Shown here one piece after another: positions 1 through 10,624 of a stretch of 64,000 bases of DNA. Where the stretch lies: assembly GCA_016205975.1 (NCBI GenBank), contig JACQSK010000005.1:13362-77361 (forward strand). Reading direction: 5' to 3'. The DNA comes from Candidatus Uhrbacteria bacterium. Lineage in GTDB: Bacteria > Patescibacteriota > Patescibacteriia > UBA9934 > GWF2-40-263. The notes beneath the pieces were generated by a model. That model searched no databases. It was not told the DNA's origin and worked only from the letters and a program-made list of their open reading frames with translations. Within the stretch, counting starts at the first letter, position 1, and the number at the start of each line of letters is the position of its first letter. Made by a program: the position numbers and the translations under genes.

Positions 1-1650
1 CAGGTAACTGCGCAAATCTCTGTGCGGACGGTTGATGGTGTCGAGCAAGGCGTTTTCAGCCAACTGAATCTCGCGGCGAGCATACGAGGCAACGCCCATC
101 ACGCTCTCCCGCGGACTGACCCAAAGGATATCCGCCGTACCGCTGGCAAGAAAATATCGGCGCCGGTCAATCCCCATAGCAGAACCGTTCAATGCTCGTT
201 CGTAGGCTCTCAAATGGTCATCCACGACTTGCGGGGCGATTGCCTCGGTCGTTAACCTGTTGGCTTTCACGGGCTGGATGACAAAAAATAAAAAGGCGAA
301 GGGAAACAAAACGGTTGCGAGCGCGGGAACAATACCGGGCGTCCGCGTCGTCCTCACAGGGAAATCTTTCTCGTGGGGAAAAAGGCTATCGGAAGAACTC
401 ATAGCTGCCAATACCAAGACAAAGAACAGCAAAGACGTCACCCCATCAACCGACGTCAGATTCTGTACAAAATAGACAACAAGCATCGTCGTAAGAATGG
501 CTGGAATCGCCCCGCGCTGTTTGCGCGCGACGATCGGTCTCCACACCTGTACGATCGCTGTGATAAAAAGCGCAAGATAGACAAGCAACCCAATGACTCC
601 GGAATCCACAGCCACATCAAGCAAGGCATTGTGCGCGCTGTCAAACCAAATCTCGCCGCCGCAGGCTGGTGATCCCAGGCAGGGATGATAATAATCCTGT
701 TCAACAAATCCGAAGTTGTCCGGACCCCATCCTAACCACGGCCGTTCCTTGATCCCCTGCCAAGCCATGTCCCAAACAGCAAAACGAGCGTTGGAAGTCT
801 GTTCAATAAAATACTGACGGATCGCGCTTTGCGGTTGAAACAGCGAAAAACCAACAAACAGGAACGCGATCAAAAGACTGCCCAGCATGGCGTACCCCGT
901 CGTCCGTTGTCTATGAGATGCCCCAAGACTGATCAGCAGAAGAGAGGCGAGTAAGACTAGGCCGCCCAAGAAAGACATCTGGGCCGCGTTCGCGTCAATG
1001 GAAAAAAGAACACTGACAAAAATGAGGAAAGCAACCGCGGCATACCAACGTAAGAATGGCTTGCGCGCCTGCGTAAAAAGATAGACGCAAAAAAAGATGG
1101 GGAACAGGAGATAGGTTCCAAAAAAAGTCGAGTTGCCGAAGGTTGCCCCAAAACTTGCGTCGTACAAGAACTCAATTCCAAAGAGTGACAAGAAATGAGC
1201 GACAGTAACGACGAGCGCCACAAGCGTAGAGATAAAGAACACCTGCTCCCAAGCGGCCCTCGTTTGAAACACGCTCGTCGCAATAAAAAAAATGGCAACG
1301 AGATGAAGCCAAAGCAGGCTGCCAGTGGACCGAGCAAAGTCACTCCAGAAACTCACTAACGGATCAACTCCTATGAGAGAACTCCATAAAAGAACGAACA
1401 GAAAAACCAACAACGTCTTCCCCACAGAGTTCCATCTCAAAAGTCTCCGAGGATCTTTCCAAATGAGCCAGACAAAAGCAAGTACGGTCAGCTCGGCCAC
1501 GAACAAAACGAAATGCGTCTTTGTCGATGAATGCGGATAAACGAATCCGCTCCAAAAAATCAACGGCGTAAACAGCAAAAGACCCATCCCCGTCTGGACG
1601 GCGCGCAATAAAAAATTCTTTTCTCTCTCTGTTTGAATCATACGTAAACT
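1..1650 (-). CDS. O-antigen ligase / Wzy_C-domain polytopic membrane protein, C-terminally truncated by window edge (N-terminal ~550 aa present)
   Basis: Hand translation of the reverse strand from ATG (rc of 1648-1650) gives an uninterrupted, very hydrophobic multi-TM protein (MIQTEREKNFLLRAVQTGMGLLLFTPLIFWSGF...) with the Wzy_C signature region ...WFDSAHNALLDVAVDSGVIGLLVYLALF..., and no stop before position 1. It is absent from the supplied ORF track because the stop lies outside the window; the track ORFs listed here (456-707, 957-1343, 1364-1681 on the minus strand, 22-255 on the plus strand) are off-frame/antisense artefacts. Confidence 0.6.
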
Positions 1651-1654
1651 TAGC

Positions 1655-1686
1655 CGTATTGTGTCCTTTTTTTAAAAACATGTAAA
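1655..1686 (+). promoter_or_regulatory. candidate promoter of glycan operon (TTGTGT-N16-TGTAAAAT extended -10), near-leaderless start at 1698
   Basis: AT-rich patch immediately upstream of the first + strand gene; TGnTAAAAT-like extended -10 about 12 nt before ATG 1698. Confidence 0.3.
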
Positions 1687-1697
1687 ATGCGGTCGCT

Positions 1698-2663
1698 ATG
1701 GATAAACCAAAGACGATTCTCGTTACCGGAGGCGCGGGCTTTATCGGCTCCCACGTTGCGAGGAAATTGATCGCATCGGGTCACGAGGTTGTCCTCGTAG
1801 ACAACTTCAGTCCCTACTACGACCCATCGCTTAAGGAAGCCAGAATCGCCATCCTCCTCAAAGATCTCCCTTTCACCCTGTACCGAAACGACGTCCAGGA
1901 CGCGCCAGCCATGCGCAAAATTTTTGAAACACACAAACCGGATCTCATTTGCCACCAAGCCGCGCAAGCTGGCGTGCGCTACGCCATACAAGACCCGTTT
2001 GCCTACGGAGAGAGTAACCTCATGGGAACGCTCACACTCCTCGAGCTGTCAAAACAATTCGGGGTCAAGGGCATCGTCATGGCCTCAAGCTCCTCAATCT
2101 ATGGCGACGCCGCACACTATCCTGTCAAAGAAACAGATGTCGCGGATAAACCGATTTCGCTCTACGCCGCAACGAAGCGTGCCTGCGAACTCATGGCCTA
2201 CTCTTATCATCATCTCTACCAACTTCCCATCACCTGCCTGCGCTTCTTTACCGTGTACGGCCCATGGGGGCGACCTGACATGGCGCTTTTTTCATTTACA
2301 AAAGCGGCGCTCGAAGGAAAACCAATCGATGTATATGGACAAGGAGACATGGCACGCGACTTTACCTACATCGACGATATCACCGACGGCGTCGTCAAAG
2401 CTCTCGAAAAAAATCTTCCATGGGCCGCACTCAACTTGGGCCGGGGCAAACCTGAATCCTTGATGCATACGATCGAGCTCGTTGAGTCTGCAACAGGAAA
2501 GACGCTTGAAAAAAAACTTCTTCCCATGCAACCTGGAGACGTGAAGCAGACATGGGCGGATATCACGCAGGCGAAGGCACTCCTTGGATGGGAACCCAAC
2601 GTGAACCTCGAAAAGGGTGTCCCAAAATTCGTCGAGTGGTACAGAGAATATTATGGCGTCTAA
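1698..2663 (+). CDS. NAD-dependent epimerase/dehydratase (SDR), UDP-glucuronate 4-epimerase-like
   Basis: N-terminal Rossmann motif ILVTGGAGFIGSH; YYDPSLKEARIA and the YxxxK region are typical of the UDP-GlcA/UDP-GalA 4-epimerase subgroup; 321 aa. Confidence 0.75.
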   Translation: MDKPKTILVTGGAGFIGSHVARKLIASGHEVVLVDNFSPYYDPSLKEARIAILLKDLPFTLYRNDVQDAPAMRKIFETHKPDLICHQAAQAGVRYAIQDPFAYGESNLMGTLTLLELSKQFGVKGIVMASSSSIYGDAAHYPVKETDVADKPISLYAATKRACELMAYSYHHLYQLPITCLRFFTVYGPWGRPDMALFSFTKAALEGKPIDVYGQGDMARDFTYIDDITDGVVKALEKNLPWAALNLGRGKPESLMHTIELVESATGKTLEKKLLPMQPGDVKQTWADITQAKALLGWEPNVNLEKGVPKFVEWYREYYGV

Positions 2664-3762
2664 AGACACTACACGTGTCGCGGTCTTTTTCACGCACGGC
2701 GTTTCTCTCGAGCTTTGGGATCAGCGCGGCATGCTCTCCAGAGAGCTCGCGTTTTATCAAGCTCTCGCACAGACGGGTTTGGACGTGTGTTTGTATACCT
2801 ATGGAAAAAATGATGGCCGATACCGAGATCTACTGGGACCAAATCTCACTCTCGCGGAAAAACCATGTCATTGCCCAGCTTCTCACTACGCGTTCATGCT
2901 GCCATTTGTCTATTGGAAGCGCTTACGCAAAGCCGACCTATTACGAATTCATCAAGTCGCTGGAGCCATCCCAGCCCTGCTCGCGCATTGGCTTTGGCGA
3001 AAACCTCTGATTGTCCGCGCGGGATTCCATTGGTACCGCTTTGCCAAGCGGCAAGGTGCCTCGTGGCTTAAACTGAAGATGATCTCTTTGATCGAGTGGC
3101 TTACTTACAAAAGCGCCACGGCAATCATTCACACCACGCAAGAGGACGCGGACTTCGTCGCGGATCGATATCATGTCCCACGAGCAAAGATTCACGTCAT
3201 CCCAAACTGGATCGACACGCAGATGTTTCGTCCCATGAGTGTCGATAAAAACCCTCGTAGCGTCTGTTTTGTTGGCAGGCTCGAGGAACAAAAAAACCTC
3301 CACGCGCTTGTGGAGGCCATACAGGGACTGGGGGCACAGTTGATTGTGTACGGAGAAGGATCTCTGCGCGAATCGCTCGAGCAACAAGCTCGCGACCTCC
3401 ACGTCCCTGTCAAGTTCCGCGGCCATATCGCCAATAAAGAGCTTCCACGAGCTTTGAATGCATGTGAGATCTTCGTCCTCCCTTCCCTCTACGAAGGCAA
3501 CCCGAAGGCTCTGCTAGAAGCCATGGCCTGCGGACTCCCGGTAATCGGGACGAACGTCGAAGGGATTGCGTCTGTACTACAAAATCACGAAACGGGACTC
3601 GTGTGTGAAATAACTGTCGATTCGCTCAAAGAAGCGTTAACACAACTCTTGAACGACCACGACCTCCAAAAACAAATTGGAGACCGGGCACGCAACGATA
3701 TTCTGGCAACCTCTTCACTTGAACAAGCCGTCCAAACAGAACTCACCCTCTACCCTGTATGA
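2653..3762 (+). CDS. glycosyltransferase family 4 (GT-B)
   Basis: C-terminal EGNPKALLEAMACGLPVIGTNVEGI motif (GT4 E-x7-E region). Track ORF starts at 2617; ATG at 2653 (MASKDTT...) overlaps the upstream stop and is preferred. Confidence 0.8.
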   Translation: MASKDTTRVAVFFTHGVSLELWDQRGMLSRELAFYQALAQTGLDVCLYTYGKNDGRYRDLLGPNLTLAEKPCHCPASHYAFMLPFVYWKRLRKADLLRIHQVAGAIPALLAHWLWRKPLIVRAGFHWYRFAKRQGASWLKLKMISLIEWLTYKSATAIIHTTQEDADFVADRYHVPRAKIHVIPNWIDTQMFRPMSVDKNPRSVCFVGRLEEQKNLHALVEAIQGLGAQLIVYGEGSLRESLEQQARDLHVPVKFRGHIANKELPRALNACEIFVLPSLYEGNPKALLEAMACGLPVIGTNVEGIASVLQNHETGLVCEITVDSLKEALTQLLNDHDLQKQIGDRARNDILATSSLEQAVQTELTLYPV

Positions 3763-4388
3763 ATCGTCTCCTCGTCCGGCTCGCGCTAAAGCTTCACAAC
3801 TTCAGCTACAAACTTGCTAGCCACTTCGCCCTCCAGGCCGAGGGGGACTTGCATCCCAAGCATCAGCTGATGAATTACCACCTTTTTTTTCTCAATCACA
3901 TTCGCTCGAGTGACCGCGTCCTGGACATCGGATGTGGGAACGGAGCGCTCGCCTATGACCTCGCAGGAAAAGCGAGCCATGTCGTTGGGATCGACCTCAA
4001 CGCAAAAAATCAAGCAATGTGGACATATCGGTTCGAACGTGAGAATCTTGCATATCACTTTGGCGATGCCACAACGTTCTCTCCACAGGAACGATTTGAT
4101 GTCGTTGTACTCTCAAACGTTCTCGAACATATTGAACATCGTGTCGAGTTCCTCACCAAGATCAAACACCTCGCTCCCTTATTCCTCATCCGCGTCCCCA
4201 TGTTCGATCGCGATTGGATCACGCTCTATAAAAAGGAGCTCGGACTCGAATACCGACTCGACAAGACACATTTCACTGAATACACTTCGGAAAGCTTCGA
4301 CAATGAACTGACCGCCGCGGGTTATACGGTTGAATCATCTTCGATTCAATTCGGAGAAATTTGGGCGGTTGTGAAACGACATGAGTAA
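3759..4388 (+). CDS. class I SAM-dependent methyltransferase
   Basis: Motif I VLDIGCGNGALAYDLA; ~209 aa; start overlaps upstream stop (ATGA). Confidence 0.75.
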   Translation: MNRLLVRLALKLHNFSYKLASHFALQAEGDLHPKHQLMNYHLFFLNHIRSSDRVLDIGCGNGALAYDLAGKASHVVGIDLNAKNQAMWTYRFERENLAYHFGDATTFSPQERFDVVVLSNVLEHIEHRVEFLTKIKHLAPLFLIRVPMFDRDWITLYKKELGLEYRLDKTHFTEYTSESFDNELTAAGYTVESSSIQFGEIWAVVKRHE

Positions 4389-5343
4389 AAAACGAGCTCT
4401 CATTACTGGTGTCACGGGTTTTGTCGGTCCACATCTGGCTGATTTGTTATTGTCGCAAGGCGATGTTGATGTGATGGGTACCTACCGAGATTCCCAGAAT
4501 CTACAAACGCTCGGACCGCTTCGTGATCGAATCGAGCTCTATCCCATGGATCTCACCGACCAAGCGACGGTTCAAGAAACACTCACGCAAGCCCGACCGG
4601 ATTATCTTTTCCATCTTGCGGCACAATCAAACGTTGCCCAGTCCTGGAAAAAATCCGCACAGACCTTTGACGTCAATGTCCTGGGGACCATCCATCTCTT
4701 TGAAGCGATTCGGACACTCGCTCTGGATCCCGTCATCCAAATTGCTTGTTCGTCCGAGCAATATGGACTTGTTGCACAAGAGGACCTCCCGGTAACAGAG
4801 GAAACCGCTTTCCATCCCCTCTCGCCTTACGCTGTCTCTCGCGTAACTGTCGATCTGCTGAGCTATCAATACTTCAAAAGCTATGGCCTGCAAGCTATTC
4901 GCACAAGAGCTTTCAATCACACAGGACCTGGACAGGGTGACCAGTTTGTCTGTTCTCGATTCGCAAAAAAAATCGCCGAGATTGAAAAAGGGATTGCTCC
5001 CGCCGTCCTGACGGTCGGAAATCTTGAGGCGGTCCGCGATTTTACTGACGTCCGTGACGTCGTTCGTGCCTATGCCATGAGCGTCGTTAAAGGGAAACCT
5101 GGTGAAACGTATGTCATCGCCTCTGGAGTGGGCAGGTCTATACGAGAGGTGTTGGAACGCCTCTTGAGAATGTCACGCGTTCCTATCCTTGTGGAAATAG
5201 ATCCTGCTCTGCTTCGACCATCAGACGTCCCAGCCCTGTACGGTGCGAGCGACAAGTTTAAAGAGGCGACTGATTGGAAACCGGAAATCCCATTTGAACA
5301 AACGCTCAGCGATCTGCTCGATTACTGGAGAGCGCGCGTTTAA
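4381..5343 (+). CDS. NAD-dependent epimerase/dehydratase, GDP-4-keto-6-deoxy-D-mannose reductase (Rmd)-like
   Basis: ALITGVTGFVGPHLADLL Rossmann motif and ~320 aa length resemble Rmd/GDP-6-deoxy-D-lyxo-4-hexulose reductases; co-located with gmd. Confidence 0.65.
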   Translation: MSKKRALITGVTGFVGPHLADLLLSQGDVDVMGTYRDSQNLQTLGPLRDRIELYPMDLTDQATVQETLTQARPDYLFHLAAQSNVAQSWKKSAQTFDVNVLGTIHLFEAIRTLALDPVIQIACSSEQYGLVAQEDLPVTEETAFHPLSPYAVSRVTVDLLSYQYFKSYGLQAIRTRAFNHTGPGQGDQFVCSRFAKKIAEIEKGIAPAVLTVGNLEAVRDFTDVRDVVRAYAMSVVKGKPGETYVIASGVGRSIREVLERLLRMSRVPILVEIDPALLRPSDVPALYGASDKFKEATDWKPEIPFEQTLSDLLDYWRARV

Positions 5344-5346
5344 CCT

Positions 5347-6414
5347 ATGATGAAAAAAATCGTCCTTCTGATCCAGAGTATCCTCATGAATCTCTGGAGC
5401 AATCACTCTGGTTATCGCGTCACGCATATTGTTGAAATAAACGATTGGGCGATCAAGTATGTCGGGACGTCTTTAAGTCAATCCTTCCGTGCGCAACATC
5501 TCCTCCATGCGAGAATCAGTTACACCGCGATTGGACTTCGCAACCAACTGATCCACTTCGACTCCGTGAATACGTTTTTTCACAAAGGCTCCATTCGTCT
5601 TCCACATCGATCAAACAAGATTATCCTCACATGGTTTCACGTAGAACCCGGCGACCCAAGACTCAACCTGATCCAACAGGTACAGCGATCCATCGGACGC
5701 ATCCACACCTCTTGTCAGACAACGAAAGCGATATTGATCAAAGCCGGTGTCGCAGAAGAAAAAATCGTTGTGATTCCTCTGGGAGTCGATCTCGACTTGT
5801 TTCGTCCTGGGACACATGAGGAACGCCTCAGGATTCGACGTCAACTCGGTATACCTGAAAACCGTCTTGTCATCGGATCATTTCAAAAAGACGGTGTGGG
5901 TTGGAGGGAAGGAATGGAACCAAAACTCATCAAAGGTCCTGATGTGTTTGTGGAGGTTATCGACCGACTACGCGAGAAACATCCGTTCGTCCTCTTAAGC
6001 GGCCCAGCTCGCGGTTATGTGAAGCAGGGGCTCGAAAGACTCGGGGTGGACTACGTGCATGTCTATCCAAAAAACTTCTCCGAACTTCCGAAGCTCTATC
6101 AGGCGCTTGATCTGTACCTCATCACCTCTCGCGTGGAGGGCGGCCCGCTATCCCTGTTGGAATCTTGGGCAAGCGAAGTTCCGGTTGTCTCAACACGTAT
6201 GGGGATGGTTCCCGACATCGCGGAACACGAACACACAGCTCTCTTGACGGATGTGGAAAACGTCGATGCACTCGTCCGACAAACGCTCAGGCTCATAAAC
6301 GACCAGCCTCTCCGTCATCATCTCGTGAATCAAGCGCTCACCGTCGTGAAGAAAAACTCCTGGGACAACATCGCACGTCGATATGTTGATGAGCTGTACC
6401 GTCCCCTGCTATGA
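5347..6414 (+). CDS. glycosyltransferase family 4
   Basis: C-terminal LITSRVEGGPLSLLESWASEVPVVSTRMGMVPDI GT4 motif. Confidence 0.75.
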   Translation: MMKKIVLLIQSILMNLWSNHSGYRVTHIVEINDWAIKYVGTSLSQSFRAQHLLHARISYTAIGLRNQLIHFDSVNTFFHKGSIRLPHRSNKIILTWFHVEPGDPRLNLIQQVQRSIGRIHTSCQTTKAILIKAGVAEEKIVVIPLGVDLDLFRPGTHEERLRIRRQLGIPENRLVIGSFQKDGVGWREGMEPKLIKGPDVFVEVIDRLREKHPFVLLSGPARGYVKQGLERLGVDYVHVYPKNFSELPKLYQALDLYLITSRVEGGPLSLLESWASEVPVVSTRMGMVPDIAEHEHTALLTDVENVDALVRQTLRLINDQPLRHHLVNQALTVVKKNSWDNIARRYVDELYRPLL

Positions 6415-7451
6415 AGATTCATATTCTGCACCATCTTCGCGACGAACCGTGGGGCGGCGGAAACCAATTCCTCAAAGCGCTTCGAGATGCGTGGATTCGG
6501 CAAGACGTATTCGCCTCTTCTGCTGAGGAAGCCGACGTCATCCTTATCAATAGCTACCCCTTCGGGGCTGAGTCTCTTTTTGATAAACTCTGGCAGCTCA
6601 AAAAAAGATATCCAGAAAAAATCGTCGTCTATCGTCTGGATGGCCCCATCTCTTTTATTCGACAAAAAGATAAAGAGATAGACCACATCATCCATGTGTG
6701 GAATCAGCTCATCGTTGACGGAATCATTTTCCAATCTGCATGGTGCGAAGAAAAAAATAGAGAAGCGTTCGCTACCGTATCCGCGTACCAGACGGTCATT
6801 CACAACGCTCCCGACCCGACGATCTTTCACACAGAGGACAGACTCCCAACAAAAAAATCACGTGTAAAACTTATCGCGACCAGCTGGTCAGCCAATCCAC
6901 GCAAAGGATTCGACGTGTACAAATACCTCGATGCCTATCTCGATTTCTCCAAGTATGAGATGACCTTCGTCGGCAACTCTCCTGTCTCGTTCAAACAGAT
7001 CAAGACGATTCCGCCCGTTTCCTCACCTGAACTTGCCAAGATGCTCAAAGCGCACGACCTCTTCATCACCGCGTCAAAAACAGACCCCTGCTCCAACTCG
7101 CTCATCGAGGCCATCGCCTGCGGACTGCCTGCGGTGGCGCTGAACGACGGTGGACACCCAGAGCTTATAGGTCAAGGCGGCCTCCTGTTTGAAGGGACGC
7201 AGGACGTTCTGCGCGTCATCGATCTCGTCGCGAAAGACTTGCCGACCTTTCGAGCCCGCCTCCCTTCCTTCAACCTGTCGGACATTGCCAGTCGCTACTT
7301 CGCCTTTGCTGAACGCATCGTCGGCGAACGAAACGAAGGTCGGTACGTTTCCAAAGTCGTCAACAAGCTCGGACTCACCAAAATCCACGGCATGATCCTG
7401 CTGTGGAAAATAAAAAACGTGTGGAACACATTGACTGGATCTTCCATCTAA
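6411..7451 (+). CDS. GT-B fold glycosyltransferase (GT4-like)
   Basis: SLIEAIACGLPAVALNDGGHPELIG donor-binding motif; start overlaps upstream stop. The 3' end overlaps the next ORF by ~49 nt, so one of the two boundaries is uncertain. Confidence 0.65.
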   Translation: MKIHILHHLRDEPWGGGNQFLKALRDAWIRQDVFASSAEEADVILINSYPFGAESLFDKLWQLKKRYPEKIVVYRLDGPISFIRQKDKEIDHIIHVWNQLIVDGIIFQSAWCEEKNREAFATVSAYQTVIHNAPDPTIFHTEDRLPTKKSRVKLIATSWSANPRKGFDVYKYLDAYLDFSKYEMTFVGNSPVSFKQIKTIPPVSSPELAKMLKAHDLFITASKTDPCSNSLIEAIACGLPAVALNDGGHPELIGQGGLLFEGTQDVLRVIDLVAKDLPTFRARLPSFNLSDIASRYFAFAERIVGERNEGRYVSKVVNKLGLTKIHGMILLWKIKNVWNTLTGSSI

Positions 7452-8500
7452 AACACGACATTCCAAAATTTCTGGAACGCCTCAAGGGCCATCACACGCC
7501 TGGGTTTTTCCACTACTCCCTTTCAGGTGACCTGATAGACGAACAAGAGCACTGGGGCTTAGGGAACACGGTGTTTGCCATCAAAAGTTACTTCACCCTT
7601 GGCCAGCTCGACACCTTGCCTGAGAGGACGCGCACAGACATGGTGGATTTCGTAAAGTCATTCCAATCCACGAATGGTTCCTTTTTTGATCCGATTGTAT
7701 ACAGACGATCCTTTTGGCGAGACAAGCTCTCCGCCTTCAAGCACCACGACTTCAATAACGCTTTCCATCAGCAGACAAAACGGGCTGAGACGCGCCAAGC
7801 ACTGAGCGCACTTGGGCTCCTGGGCGAACAACTCGGACAGGCTCCTGCGGACACCCCAAAAACCGAACAAGAAATCGACCGCTATCTTGCGCGGCTTGAT
7901 TGGACCAAGCCTTGGGGCGCTGGGAGCCACTTCTCGCACTTGCTTTTTTTTCTCGCACACAGCCAGCGAGAAGAAGCACCGTCGCTCATCACGCATGCGG
8001 TTCGCTGGATCGCAACGCTCCAGCGTTCTTCTGACGGCGGATGGTATGCTGGCTCGCCTTCCTTGCAACAAAAAATCAACGGCGCCATGAAAGTCATCAC
8101 CGGTCTCAAGGCAGCCGACCGCTTATCAATCCACGAACCCAGGCGCTTGATCGACATGGCCCTTGGCGTCTCAAACGACGCGCAGGCTTGCGATCACTTC
8201 AACGTCATCTATGTCCTAAAATACGCAGATGAAGCCGTAGAGCATAGCTATCGGCATGACGAGATCACGTCCTTCGCCGTGAATCGCCTCGCCCAATACC
8301 GCAGCCACTACTGGCCGGAACAGGGCGGTTTCTCCTATTTTCTTGGAAAAGCCAACAACATCTACTACAATGCCGCGGTAAGCCGAGGGCTCCCTGAGCC
8401 TGATATCCATGGCACGGTTCTCTTCCTCTGGGGCATTGCCCTTATTGCCCAAATCCTTGGCAGAGAAGCAGAGCTGGGATTCAAAGAGTTCATCACGTGA
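7403..8500 (+). CDS. prenyltransferase / squalene-oxidase-repeat (alpha-alpha toroid, terpenoid-cyclase-like) protein
   Basis: Two QW-type repeat motifs, [13 protein letters not shown] and [11 protein letters not shown] (Q-x3-[DG]-G-[GW/F]); no signal peptide evident; true start may be downstream of 7403. Confidence 0.5.
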   Translation: MENKKRVEHIDWIFHLKHDIPKFLERLKGHHTPGFFHYSLSGDLIDEQEHWGLGNTVFAIKSYFTLGQLDTLPERTRTDMVDFVKSFQSTNGSFFDPIVYRRSFWRDKLSAFKHHDFNNAFHQQTKRAETRQALSALGLLGEQLGQAPADTPKTEQEIDRYLARLDWTKPWGAGSHFSHLLFFLAHSQREEAPSLITHAVRWIATLQRSSDGGWYAGSPSLQQKINGAMKVITGLKAADRLSIHEPRRLIDMALGVSNDAQACDHFNVIYVLKYADEAVEHSYRHDEITSFAVNRLAQYRSHYWPEQGGFSYFLGKANNIYYNAAVSRGLPEPDIHGTVLFLWGIALIAQILGREAELGFKEFIT

Positions 8501-9510
8501 GTATGAAAAAAGCGCTCATCACGGGCATCACAGGGCAAGATGGCTCCTACCTTGCGGAGTTCTTATTGGCAAAAGACTATGCGGTGCACGGGCTCATCCG
8601 CCGCGCGAGCACCTTCAACACGGGACGCATTGATCACATCTATAAAGACCAGCACGCCGTCGGGACAAAACCGATCCTGCATTACGGAGACCTCTCTGAC
8701 GCCGGTTCCTTGTCGTCGCTTATCCAAAAAATCCAGCCGGACGAAATCTACCACTTAGGCGCACAGAGCCACGTGCGCGTGAGTTTTGACACACCTGAAT
8801 ACACGGCCGATATTACCGGACTGGGTACGGTGCGTGTGCTGGAGGCGATCCGCAGCATCAACCCCAACATAAAATTTTATCAAGCAAGCTCAAGCGAGAT
8901 GTTCGGAAACCCTCAGTCACCACCGCCCTACCACGAGGGGACGCCCTTCAATCCGCAAAGCCCCTACGGCTGCGCAAAAGTTCTTGCCTATCACACGACC
9001 AAAAATTATCGGAATGCGTACAGCTTGTTTGCGTGCAACGGCATCCTGTTCAATCATGAATCCCCGCGCCGAGGCGAAACGTTCGTCACCCGCAAGGTGA
9101 CACGCGGCATTGCCCGCATCAAGGCGGGGCTCGAGCAAAAATTGTACCTTGGAAATCTCGATGCTAAGCGCGACTGGGGCTATGCCCCTGAATATGTAGA
9201 GGCGATGTGGCTCATGCTCCAACAGGAACAGCCCGACGACTATGTGATCGCCACAGGAGAAACCCACTCGATCAAAGAGTTCGTGGAGGAAGCGTTTCGT
9301 CACGCGGGTCTGGGAGACTGGAGGACGTTTGTGGAAATCGACGAACGCTACAAACGACCCTCAGAAGTCCACCTCCTCATCGGTGATGCATCCAAGGCCA
9401 AACAGAAACTCGGCTGGGAGCCACGCGTGAAATTTACCGAGCTGGTGAAAATCATGGTGGATGCCGATGAGGAGGCCATCCGAAACCAGCTAAACGGCGT
9501 CATCCATTAG
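8497..9510 (+). CDS. gmd: GDP-mannose 4,6-dehydratase
   Basis: Canonical Gmd N-terminus [33 protein letters not shown] and full-length conservation (337 aa). Confidence 0.9.
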   Translation: MSMKKALITGITGQDGSYLAEFLLAKDYAVHGLIRRASTFNTGRIDHIYKDQHAVGTKPILHYGDLSDAGSLSSLIQKIQPDEIYHLGAQSHVRVSFDTPEYTADITGLGTVRVLEAIRSINPNIKFYQASSSEMFGNPQSPPPYHEGTPFNPQSPYGCAKVLAYHTTKNYRNAYSLFACNGILFNHESPRRGETFVTRKVTRGIARIKAGLEQKLYLGNLDAKRDWGYAPEYVEAMWLMLQQEQPDDYVIATGETHSIKEFVEEAFRHAGLGDWRTFVEIDERYKRPSEVHLLIGDASKAKQKLGWEPRVKFTELVKIMVDADEEAIRNQLNGVIH

Positions 9511-9512
9511 CT

Positions 9513-10550
9513 ATGCCGTGCGTGTACATCACAGGCGCCAGTAATAAACCCAGCGGCGGAGTGAAGGTTATGAACCAAGTCGCCGTCTTATTTCAAGACC
9601 GCGGCTTCGAAAGTTACGTTGTCCCGGCGGACGGGTCAGGACAAGCCACCTTTCTTGATCGACCGGCGCGTACGATAGGGATCGACGAGTATGCACGTCG
9701 ACTCAGACATGAGGATATCACCATCGACTTCTGGCCGGACAAACGTCTCATGGAGATTGCCTCACAAAAGAAAAATGCTACACGTATTTTCTGGCAACAC
9801 GGCGCGTCGATTCCCATCGGAGGAACAACGGTTGGTGACGCCATTTTCCGACCAGGGAATCCTTACACACAACATTGGAACGTGAGCCGGGCGTGCGCGG
9901 AGTATTTTCAAAAACACTACGACCTCTCCATGCCCGTCGTCCATCCATTTTTTGACTCACCAACCATGCGGGAGTACCAACAACAACCGCCCGTCCCCCG
10001 TGAGGGATTTCTTCTCCTGGCTCGGCGCGGCCAACGCCATCTCCCGGCCATCGCAAAAAAACTTGCCGGTCAGCGCGTCACGATTATGCAGGAGCCGTAT
10101 CATGAACGAGACTTTTTCAACGCATTGCTTGACCACACGTTCTTCGTGAGCACGGACGATGGAATCCATGCCCCCTCGCTTGTGCGGCGAACAAAAAATA
10201 AGCTCCGCGCTCTCTTGTCCAAACGCGAAAGAAAAACCCAGCGGCAAAGAAACCGATGGTTCATCCCTGAAGGACATCTCCTAGGATTCCCCATGCCCCC
10301 CGCAGAGGCGGCATGGCTTGGGTGCATCGTCATCGGCTTTGCCATGGGTGGCGGACGTGAGTGGATGAATGAACACAATTGTTTTCTCGCAAAAGACGGT
10401 GACGCAATTTCCTTGTTGACAAACATCGATCATGCTCTTGCTGCCAGCGAAGATGCGCGCCGTTGTATCCGCACGCAAGCCCGTCTTGACACCGCTCGAT
10501 TCACCAGCGAAAAAACTTGGGAGTCCCTGGCGCATCTCCTCTCCCTATGA
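9513..10550 (+). CDS. divergent GT-B-like glycosyltransferase / hypothetical
   Basis: ITGASNKPSGGVKV N-terminus and degenerate C-terminal GFPMPPAEAAWLGCIVIGFAMGGG resemble a GT-B donor site; otherwise no recognisable family. Confidence 0.45.
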   Translation: MPCVYITGASNKPSGGVKVMNQVAVLFQDRGFESYVVPADGSGQATFLDRPARTIGIDEYARRLRHEDITIDFWPDKRLMEIASQKKNATRIFWQHGASIPIGGTTVGDAIFRPGNPYTQHWNVSRACAEYFQKHYDLSMPVVHPFFDSPTMREYQQQPPVPREGFLLLARRGQRHLPAIAKKLAGQRVTIMQEPYHERDFFNALLDHTFFVSTDDGIHAPSLVRRTKNKLRALLSKRERKTQRQRNRWFIPEGHLLGFPMPPAEAAWLGCIVIGFAMGGGREWMNEHNCFLAKDGDAISLLTNIDHALAASEDARRCIRTQARLDTARFTSEKTWESLAHLLSL

Positions 10551-10624
10551 CCAACCGTCTTGAACCAACCATTACCGACGTGAGGACGTTCTGAGACAAC
10601 CATCCTCGTAACATCCGCAAAAGT

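Noticed and set aside
1924-2463. 179-aa plus-strand ORF
   Set aside because: Alternative frame inside the epimerase gene; S/P/R-rich.
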